A DNA stretch of 32,000 nucleotides, taken from the NCBI GenBank assembly GCA_041657425.1, contig JBBABY010000004.1, positions 60,001 through 92,000 on the forward strand. The letters are read 5' to 3'. The stretch is from an archaeon (lineage in GTDB: Archaea > Iainarchaeota > Iainarchaeia > Iainarchaeales > CSSED10-239). Positions 25,487 through 32,000 of the stretch are shown here, piece by piece; positions within the stretch are counted from its first letter, which is position 1; every line of letters begins with the position of its first letter. The notes beneath the pieces are model-generated. The model did no database searches and was not told the origin of the DNA. It saw only the letters and a list, made by a program, of their open reading frames with translations. Made by a program: the position numbers and the translations under genes.

Positions 25487-25975
25487 CTACTCTACTAGTT
25501 TTTCTAAGGACTCTGCTCTGTAAAATACTAAGTCATAATCTATTATTTCCTTATCTTTAGAAACAATATAAGGATTATCTTTGTGAGATAAATTTGATAT
25601 TTGAGTCGCAGAAAGATTTCCTAATTTTTTTATAACTTTATCAATAGTAGAGATTTCTTCTTTTGATAATTTACTTAATTTGGGAATATCTAAAATCTTA
25701 TACTTTGTGTTTTGTGATAACTGTTTAGTTTCTATTTTATTTTCCTTTTCTAGTTTATTAATTATTATTGCGATATGTACTGGGGCAGGACCAAACTCAA
25801 TCTTTCTATAATCTTCATTTGTAATTGATTTATTGTTTTTTTTATAGTGATTAAAATCAGAAAAATATAATAATTTATATAATACGGTTTTTCCAAAATT
25901 TGGATTAGAACTACAATTAAAAATAATATAATGAACCATTTCACTTAATTTCTCAGAATTATAATTTATAGTCAT
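25487..25975 (-). CDS. Panacea / DUF4065 (SocA-like) domain protein, putative antitoxin (162 aa)
   Basis: KTVLYKLLYFSDFNHYKKNNKSITNEDYRKIEFGPAPVHI matches the DUF4065 signature (hKLLYf.D......g.pit...y.....GPv). It is followed by a short C-terminal region and a tightly coupled small downstream ORF. Confidence 0.65.
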   Translation of the reverse strand: MTINYNSEKLSEMVHYIIFNCSSNPNFGKTVLYKLLYFSDFNHYKKNNKSITNEDYRKIEFGPAPVHIAIIINKLEKENKIETKQLSQNTKYKILDIPKLSKLSKEEISTIDKVIKKLGNLSATQISNLSHKDNPYIVSKDKEIIDYDLVFYRAESLEKLVE

Positions 25976-25985
25976 ATTATTTTCC

Positions 25986-25997
25986 TGTTTATAAATA
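25986..25997 (-). promoter_or_regulatory. TGTTTATAAATA box upstream of the Panacea-domain gene
   Basis: Exact 12-mer, but only 11-22 nt upstream of the annotated ATG (25975). See the findings for what this implies about the start codon. Confidence 0.3.
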
Positions 25998-26046
25998 TAC
26001 TATCTTTTAGATATATAAAAACCTTTTGGAAGTAGCTGTCCAGTGG

Positions 26047-26072
26047 GGAAAATAAAAAAAAATGAAAAAAGT
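26047..26072 (-). terminator. Oligo-T tract directly after the ppsA stop
   Basis: The minus strand reads ACTTTTTTCATTTTTTTTTATTTTCC (T6 and T9 runs), starting 1 nt after the TAA. Confidence 0.35.
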
Positions 26073-28487
26073 TTACTTCTTTAAACTTTTTTCTAGCTTT
26101 GCAATTGCCATCTTGGTTTTGATAATTGTGTCTGGATTTAGACTCATGGATTTTATTCCTTCTCTTACTAAGAACTCAGCCATCTCTGGATAATCAGATG
26201 GTGCTTGACCACAGATTCCAATATACTTTCCTTTCTTGTTTGCAATTCTGATTACATCAGTTAACATCTTCTTAACTGCTTCGTTTCTTTCATCGTAGAT
26301 GTTTCCAAGAAGTTCTGAGTCTCTGTCAAGGCCTAAGATCAATTGTGTTAAGTCATTACTTCCAATACTATAACCGTCGAAGATGTCTAAGAACTTGTCT
26401 GCAAGGATAACGTTAGATGGAATCTCACACATACAGTTTACTTTCAATCCATTCTTTCCTTTCTCTAAACCATTCTTTTTCATTTCAGCAATTACTTTAT
26501 TTGCTTCATCAAGTGTTCTACAAAATGGAATCATTAATTCTAAGTTTGTTAAACCAAAGTCTTCTCTTACTTTTTTAATTGCTAAACATTCTAGAGCAAA
26601 ACCTGCGACATAATTTCCTTGGTAGTATCTTGAAGCTCCTCTCCAACCAATCATTGGATTGCTTTCTATTGGTTCGTATTCTTTTCCGCCAATCAGATTT
26701 GCATATTCGTTTGATTTGAAATCTGAAAGTCTTAAGATTACTTTCTTTGGATAGAAAGCTGCTGAAATTCTTGCAATTCCTTGTGCTAACTTGTCTACAA
26801 AATATTGTTTCTTATCTGTATAACCAATTGTTAAACTATCAATTTTTGCTTTAACTTCTGCATCTGTGATTTTGTTGTAGTTGATTAAAGCAAGTGGATG
26901 AATCTGTATCCAAGAATTAATAATAAATTCTTCTCTCGCAAGACCTACTCCGTCGTTTGGTAAGAAACTTAAATCAAACGCTTGTTCAGGGTTACCTACA
27001 TTCATCATTAATTGTGTTTTTGTTTTTGGAACTTCTTTTAAGTCAACTGTTTGTTTTGTGAATGGAATTTTTCCTGCATAAACAAAACCAGCATCTCCAC
27101 TTGAACAATCAAGTGTTACATCTGTTCCTGTTTTTAGTTTTGTGGTTCCTTCAAGAGTACCGACAATACATGGAATTCCAAGTTCTCTTGAAATGATTGC
27201 AGCATGACAAGTTCTTCCGCCTTTGTTTGTAATTATTCCTGAAGCAATCTTCATGATTGGTTCCCAATCTGGATCTGTCATTTCTGTTACTAAGATCTCT
27301 CCTTTTCTAAATTTATTAATTTCTTTTGAATCTTTTATAACATTTACTTTTCCTGTTGAGATTTGCTGACCAACGCTTTTTCCAATAACTACTGGTTTAG
27401 TTGTTGTTTGTAAAGAAAAAGTTGTGTAACTTGTTAAATCTTTTCTTGATTGAACAGTTTCAGGTCTTGCTTGAACAATAAATAATTCATTTGTTTTACC
27501 ATCAAGAGCCCATTCCATATCCATTGGCTTATCGTGTCCTGCTTTTTTTGAATAATACTCTTCAATATCGCAAGCCCATTTTGCTAACTGCAATGCTTGT
27601 TCATCAGTTATTGAAAACTTATTTCTGTCTACAGTGTCTACAGAAATATTTTTAACAGGTTTATTTCCTTGAGTATCATAAACCATTCTAATTGCTTTTT
27701 CTCCAACAACTTTTGAGATTATTGGTTTCTTTCCTAATTTTAATGTTGGTTTAAAAATTATAAATTCATCAGGATTAACTGCACCTTGAACAATGTTTTC
27801 TCCTAAACCATATGTTGAATTGATTACAACTACATCTTTAAATCCTGTTTCTGTATCAATTGAAAACATAATTCCAGATGACGCCATATCACTTCTAACC
27901 ATTCTTTGAACAACAACTGAAAGACCTATACTGAAGTGGTCAAATTTCTTATCTACTCTGTAAGAGATTGCTCTGTTTGTAAAAAGACTTGCAAAACATT
28001 TTCTTACTGCTTCTAAAAGATTTTGTTTTCCTTTAATATTAAGATAACTTTCTTGTTGACCTGCAAAAGAAGCATCAGGAAGATCTTCAGCAGTTGCACT
28101 AGATCTTACTGCGACGTCAAGGTCTGACATTTTTTCTCTTTTACATAATTTATCATAAGCCTCAAATATCTCTTGCTCTAGATCTTTTGGAACATCTGCA
28201 TGTCTTATTAAATCTCTAATTTTATGTCCCTTCTCTGCTAACTGATCCATGTTTGTTGTATCTAGATCTTTTAAGATTTTTCTTATTTGATCTTTTACTC
28301 CTGATTTTTCTAAGATGTATCTATAAGAATTTGCAGTGATTGCAAAACCATAAGGAATCTTTACTCCTTTCTTTCCTAGGTATTGGCACATTTCACCAAG
28401 AGACGCATTCTTTCCACCAACATAAGGAATATCTTCAATTCCTATTTCATCAAACCACATAATAAATTTTTTATCTTTTGCATTCAT
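26073..28487 (-). CDS. ppsA: Phosphoenolpyruvate synthase (pyruvate, water dikinase), 804 aa
   Basis: Collinear with canonical PpsA: VGGKNASLGEM, VAVRSSATAEDLPDASFAGQQESYLN, MVRSDMASSGIMFSIDTETGF, the phospho-His loop GGRTCHAAIISRELGIPCIVG, and the C-terminal PEP-utilising motif GSNDLTQL. Confidence 0.95.
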   Translation of the reverse strand: MNAKDKKFIMWFDEIGIEDIPYVGGKNASLGEMCQYLGKKGVKIPYGFAITANSYRYILEKSGVKDQIRKILKDLDTTNMDQLAEKGHKIRDLIRHADVPKDLEQEIFEAYDKLCKREKMSDLDVAVRSSATAEDLPDASFAGQQESYLNIKGKQNLLEAVRKCFASLFTNRAISYRVDKKFDHFSIGLSVVVQRMVRSDMASSGIMFSIDTETGFKDVVVINSTYGLGENIVQGAVNPDEFIIFKPTLKLGKKPIISKVVGEKAIRMVYDTQGNKPVKNISVDTVDRNKFSITDEQALQLAKWACDIEEYYSKKAGHDKPMDMEWALDGKTNELFIVQARPETVQSRKDLTSYTTFSLQTTTKPVVIGKSVGQQISTGKVNVIKDSKEINKFRKGEILVTEMTDPDWEPIMKIASGIITNKGGRTCHAAIISRELGIPCIVGTLEGTTKLKTGTDVTLDCSSGDAGFVYAGKIPFTKQTVDLKEVPKTKTQLMMNVGNPEQAFDLSFLPNDGVGLAREEFIINSWIQIHPLALINYNKITDAEVKAKIDSLTIGYTDKKQYFVDKLAQGIARISAAFYPKKVILRLSDFKSNEYANLIGGKEYEPIESNPMIGWRGASRYYQGNYVAGFALECLAIKKVREDFGLTNLELMIPFCRTLDEANKVIAEMKKNGLEKGKNGLKVNCMCEIPSNVILADKFLDIFDGYSIGSNDLTQLILGLDRDSELLGNIYDERNEAVKKMLTDVIRIANKKGKYIGICGQAPSDYPEMAEFLVREGIKSMSLNPDTIIKTKMAIAKLEKSLKK

Positions 28488-28540
28488 ATTTACTCAAGTC
28501 TCCATAAATATATTTTTAAATAAAAATAGTAACTATAAAG

Positions 28541-28552
28541 GGTTTATAAATA
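28541..28552 (-). promoter_or_regulatory. GGTTTATAAATA box, candidate ppsA promoter
   Basis: An 11/12 match to the recurrent 12-mer, 54-65 nt upstream of the ppsA ATG and 8 nt after the DUF2207 stop. Confidence 0.35.
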
Positions 28553-28559
28553 ATTTGGT

Positions 28560-30371
28560 TTAACGGGCACCGGCACCACCGCCGCCTCCACCACCGCCAC
28601 CAAAGCCTCCGCCTCCGTGACCTCCAAATCCACCAGAAGATGAATTTCCCATTGTTGTAGAAAAACTACTCATTGCAAATGCAGAATATACAACAAATTG
28701 TTCATTTTTGGAAACCTCTTCTGGCATAGCTGTCTTCAGTGCTTTTGATGCTTCTTTTGCAACTCCAAATGCTGTTGCATAAACCATATATTCTTCCCAA
28801 AGAATTACATGTTGTGGTGGATATTGTTTGATTAAAGAAAAATCAGTAATATATTTTTTAAAATTAGTCCATTGTAAATTTTTTACTCTTCCTTCTTTAG
28901 AAAATCTTCCAAAGATTACTGAAAAACTAATTTTTGATCTAGTAGCTATATTTGCAATAATTATTACAATTGCTGAAATCCAAAAAACAAATGTCACCCA
29001 TGTTGGAAAAATATATCCAAAAAATATAAAATTTATTATTCTTGAAAAAATAAAAGCATATAGAATAATTGCAATATTTGCAACTATCATTCCTGTTTTA
29101 TCAAAATATTTATTTTTATTTGCCCATCTATTAGTTTCTTTCTGAACCTTTATTTGCAGTGCTCTAAAATCATTAATAAAATTTGATTTCTCTTCTAATT
29201 TTGAGAAGAAATCTGTAGCGTCTTTTGATTTATATTGCCCACTTCTTAAATCATCTAAATTAATTGTTCCATCCGGATAATATTCTTTAAAGAACTTATC
29301 AACTTCAGAAACATAATTTGGAAGCGTTACTTCTTTTGCATCTTTTATTCTTACTAAACTATATTTTTCTGAACTAAATAATGTTTTATCTTTTTCTTTT
29401 ACTAATTCATATTGTTTTTTCCAAACTAAATACATAATTGCAGAAGAAAACCAATTTTTTGATAATTCTCCAGTTATTAAATAATGCGCTTGAACTGGGT
29501 CTTCTTCTCCAGGCAAATCTCTTTCATAAATTCCTAGATAACCAGTTTTACTTTCTGGAATTTCTTTTCCAAAGATTAACCAAATTATAAATAATAATAA
29601 AATTGGAAAACCAATCATTAGGAAAAGATATAATAAAATAATACCTAGTGGGGCTTCATTCTTTACATTTGCTTTTGTGTATTGATTATAACCCTCTTTC
29701 CAATTTTTCTCTTCTTCTATTATTTGAGCTTGTGTATAGTTTCTGTCTGGATAATGATAAAGATTGTTTTCTGAAAACCACTCTTTTGGCATCAATAAAT
29801 TTACTTCAATTATTTCATAAGCACCAACGTGTTTTGAAATTCTAAGTTCTCCATATATTATTTGAGAAAAATAATCCTTTGAATGTATAAACTGAGTTAT
29901 TTTATTCACAGCCCCTGGAAAACTAATATTAATATTTACATCTGTTGAAACTGACGTTTTACCAGGATACACTTGATAGTAAAATTGTACGCCATCTTCT
30001 AATTCTCTTATCTGTTGAGCAAGTTCATAATTAAAATAAGCAACTACATTTGTATCACAGAAATTGCCTTTTAATATTAATTCAGGATCTCCAGAAACTG
30101 TTCCATATTGTTTATACTCAAATGTACAAGTTGCTCCTGAACATGCACCATTTGGTTCAGAAATTATTAAATTTGGCCTTTGAAGATAAAGTTCTGTAAA
30201 ACATCCAGACAATTGATAATTTAGTGCTTCTGTAACACTTACATTTCCGGACTGCTGTATTCTGTAATTGATAGTATAATCTGTAATTTTAAGTTCTTTT
30301 GCAGAAACTATTGGAAAGATAAATAATATTAAAACTAAAACTAAAATCCATTTAGTATTTTTAGTTAACAT
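28560..30371 (-). CDS. DUF2207 domain membrane protein with a Gly-rich C-terminal tail (603 aa)
   Basis: Signal/TM helix, then a beta-rich ectodomain of about 230 aa, a TM helix, a cytoplasmic domain, a cluster of TM helices, and the tail SSSGGFGGHGGGGFGGGGGGGGGAGAR. This layout is typical of DUF2207 proteins. SD GGTGA 7-11 nt upstream. Confidence 0.75.
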   Translation of the reverse strand: MLTKNTKWILVLVLILFIFPIVSAKELKITDYTINYRIQQSGNVSVTEALNYQLSGCFTELYLQRPNLIISEPNGACSGATCTFEYKQYGTVSGDPELILKGNFCDTNVVAYFNYELAQQIRELEDGVQFYYQVYPGKTSVSTDVNINISFPGAVNKITQFIHSKDYFSQIIYGELRISKHVGAYEIIEVNLLMPKEWFSENNLYHYPDRNYTQAQIIEEEKNWKEGYNQYTKANVKNEAPLGIILLYLFLMIGFPILLLFIIWLIFGKEIPESKTGYLGIYERDLPGEEDPVQAHYLITGELSKNWFSSAIMYLVWKKQYELVKEKDKTLFSSEKYSLVRIKDAKEVTLPNYVSEVDKFFKEYYPDGTINLDDLRSGQYKSKDATDFFSKLEEKSNFINDFRALQIKVQKETNRWANKNKYFDKTGMIVANIAIILYAFIFSRIINFIFFGYIFPTWVTFVFWISAIVIIIANIATRSKISFSVIFGRFSKEGRVKNLQWTNFKKYITDFSLIKQYPPQHVILWEEYMVYATAFGVAKEASKALKTAMPEEVSKNEQFVVYSAFAMSSFSTTMGNSSSGGFGGHGGGGFGGGGGGGGGAGAR

Positions 30372-30375
30372 TTAT

Positions 30376-30996
30376 TCACCAAATCTTTTTTGATTTTCCA
30401 AAATCAATTATTAACTTTGCAAAGAATTCATTTCCTTTCTTATTTGGATGAACTCCATCTATTTTATCAAATAATTTTTCTAAGTCTTTTCTTTTTTTAA
30501 AACTATTAAAAATATCAATAAAAAAAAGTTTTTCTTTTTTGCAGGTTTTTTGAATTATATCATTATATTCTTTTATTTGCTTGTTTGTAAAATGCTCATC
30601 GTCATGCCATATTGTTGGAGTGGTTTTTGATTCTACACAAGGAGTTAAACCAGTTATAATTATTGATGCAGAATATTTTTTACAAATAGTGATTATATCT
30701 TTAATATTCTTTTCACTTTCTCTTTTAGAAATATATGCTTTTCCTTTTAATAAGCCAGAATCATTTGAACCAATGTGAATTATAATTATATTTGGTCTTC
30801 TTGCTTTTATTTCTGTTTCTATTCTTTTTAGAAGTCCGTCTGTTTTTTCCCCAGAGATTCCAAGATTAAAAACTGAATTACTTTCATTTTGTTTTGAAAT
30901 GTATTTTTGTAAGATTGTTACCCAATTATCGTAACCAAAATACCCCTCATTGGAAACAATACTATCTCCAAAAACACAAATTCTTTTTTTATTCAT
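30376..30996 (-). CDS. SGNH/GDSL-family hydrolase (206 aa)
   Basis: Block I ICVFGDSIV (GDS), block III HIGSNDSG (GxND), block V DGVHPNKKG (DxxH). Its ATG overlaps the upstream stop as ATGA (30993..30996). Confidence 0.8.
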   Translation of the reverse strand: MNKKRICVFGDSIVSNEGYFGYDNWVTILQKYISKQNESNSVFNLGISGEKTDGLLKRIETEIKARRPNIIIIHIGSNDSGLLKGKAYISKRESEKNIKDIITICKKYSASIIITGLTPCVESKTTPTIWHDDEHFTNKQIKEYNDIIQKTCKKEKLFFIDIFNSFKKRKDLEKLFDKIDGVHPNKKGNEFFAKLIIDFGKSKKIW

Positions 30997-31820
30997 AAAA
31001 TCTCATCTTTTAGTCTTGTGTATCTATTGAATTTATTTGTTTTGTTTATTGATTTGTAGTGAATTGCATTTCTTGGGCAAAAATTATAACAACGAGTACA
31101 GAACATACAGTTGTTCCCCCAAGTTATCTTTCCTTTCTCTTTCTTCATAGTTATATTTTTAGTTGGACAACTTTTTTCGCAAAGACCACAAAAGGTACAT
31201 TCTTTTCTATCCCAATACCACCTGTTCTTTTGTTGTTTTTGTCCTAAGTTGTTAAAAAAGAAATGAACGATTTCTGACATGAGTTTTAAAAAGAAACCGC
31301 ACTTTACAAACTTTGACTTTCCGGAAATAATTATCTCAAAATCCATTTTTACTTTTTCAGTAGTATTTGTAATCAATAACTCTGTTTGTTCATTGCTTTG
31401 AGTGTCTTTTCCAAACATAAAATAAACATTATCTGGCATTACATATAGGAAGTTAGAAACTACTGTATAATGTTTCTTTTTTAGAATATTTTCTAGAATT
31501 GAAAAACTTGCACCTGCACTTCCTCCTGCTGTTCCAAAAAGAATCACTGGCTTGTCATTAACTTCTGGCAATTTCTTTACAAAATCAATAACCATTTGTG
31601 GTGGATAAAATGCATAGGTTGGAAAACCAATCATTATGAAAGTATATTTACTTTGACTTGGAACTGTTTCAATTGTTTCTATTGGAAAAATATCCACATC
31701 TATCTTTGCTTTTTTATAATTTGCTTGAAACTCGGAAGCAACAAAAGCGGTGTTACCTGTTCCTGAAAAATAATAAATTACACCTTTGCCAGGATTAAAC
31801 TGTTTTTTAGTAATAGTCAT
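30993..31820 (-). CDS. EFR1-type flavodoxin-like protein fused to a 2x[4Fe-4S] ferredoxin (275 aa)
   Basis: Flavodoxin-type loop YYFSGTGNTAFVA at the N-terminus. Two C-terminal ferredoxin motifs: CTFCGLCEKSCP and CMFCTRCYNFCP. Confidence 0.8.
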   Translation of the reverse strand: MTITKKQFNPGKGVIYYFSGTGNTAFVASEFQANYKKAKIDVDIFPIETIETVPSQSKYTFIMIGFPTYAFYPPQMVIDFVKKLPEVNDKPVILFGTAGGSAGASFSILENILKKKHYTVVSNFLYVMPDNVYFMFGKDTQSNEQTELLITNTTEKVKMDFEIIISGKSKFVKCGFFLKLMSEIVHFFFNNLGQKQQKNRWYWDRKECTFCGLCEKSCPTKNITMKKEKGKITWGNNCMFCTRCYNFCPRNAIHYKSINKTNKFNRYTRLKDEIL

Positions 31821-31880
31821 ACAAAAACAAAGAATAAAAGAATTTAAAAAGGTTTATAGTTGGAATATATTTGAAAGAAC

Positions 31881-32000
31881 ATGGCATTAAAAATACAAAA
31901 TTCATTTAAACCAAAAATTCCACCAAAAACTAAATTTGGGAATATACATGATTTTTTAGAAATGCTTATTATAAAAAAAAAGAAAAATTTTGAAGATTCA
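31881..32000 (+). CDS. Possible 5' end of a divergently transcribed gene (40 codons, runs off the window)
   Basis: ATG at 31881; I translated it stop-free to 32000 (MALKIQNSFKPKIPPKTKFGNIHDFLEMLIIKKKKNFEDS). TTTATA at 31853..31858 lies exactly 23-28 nt upstream of the ATG, preceded by an A-rich stretch. That is the geometry of a leaderless archaeal promoter. The ORF is too short to judge its coding potential. Confidence 0.3.
   Translation, partial: MALKIQNSFKPKIPPKTKFGNIHDFLEMLIIKKKKNFEDS

Noticed and set aside
25265-25498. Plus-strand 77-aa ORF overlapping the toxin candidate and the end of the Panacea gene. It could be imagined as an antisense-encoded antitoxin.
   Set aside because: It has no start context or motif, and its composition is typical of antisense reading. 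A type I/III antisense RNA cannot be excluded, but nothing in the sequence supports one.
24606-25975. TA pair plus phosphatase considered as a small mobile or genomic island.
   Set aside because: There is no integrase, transposase, flanking direct repeats or tRNA target, and composition does not differ visibly from the neighbours.
28560-28640. Sharp GC-rich island in an otherwise AT-rich window. A smaller one lies at 13161..13200.
   Set aside because: Coding fully explains both. The first is the Gly-run tail of DUF2207 (GGFGGHGGGGFGGGGGGGGGAGAR, GGN codons). The second is the APGGGSPCTPPNE end of the pilin-like protein. There is no evidence of foreign DNA or a structured RNA.

Overview
AT-rich, densely coding window. 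Every confident gene is on the minus strand. No rRNA, tRNA, CRISPR array, transposase or integrase was seen.

About 72% of the window (339..23814; 23,136 nt of CDS) is one locus. It holds three giant paralogous proteins of 2953, 2317 and 1863 aa. A 575-aa protein with a prepilin-type (class III) signal peptide sits between two of them, and a small secreted protein is coupled to the last.

The three giants share the same domain order:
- a conserved cytoplasmic N-terminal motif and one signal-anchor helix;
- about six CarboxypepD_reg/PEGA-like beta-sandwich repeats;
- a shared central module;
- repeated two-cysteine Ig-like domains;
- a low-complexity linker;
- a different distal module in each paralog.

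The largest giant ends in a papain-fold NlpC/P60-CHAP-like domain with an identifiable Cys/His/His set. The smallest carries a perfect 15-bp tandem repeat (PSATE/PPATE stalk) and a small Cys-rich tip.

I read this as an uncharacterised cell-surface contact or attack apparatus of a small-genome organism. A DPANN-type archaeon seems most likely: GGTG-type Shine-Dalgarno sites, TATA-like TTTATAAA boxes, oligo-T terminators, and a class III signal without Glu+5. A CPR bacterium cannot be excluded.

The rest of the window (23974..31820) is ordinary:
- LemA;
- an LMW phosphatase;
- a Panacea (DUF4065) antitoxin with a small RelE-like toxin candidate;
- PEP synthase;
- a tightly coupled operon of EFR1-type flavodoxin/ferredoxin, SGNH hydrolase and DUF2207.

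All family calls come from reading motifs by eye. No searches were run.
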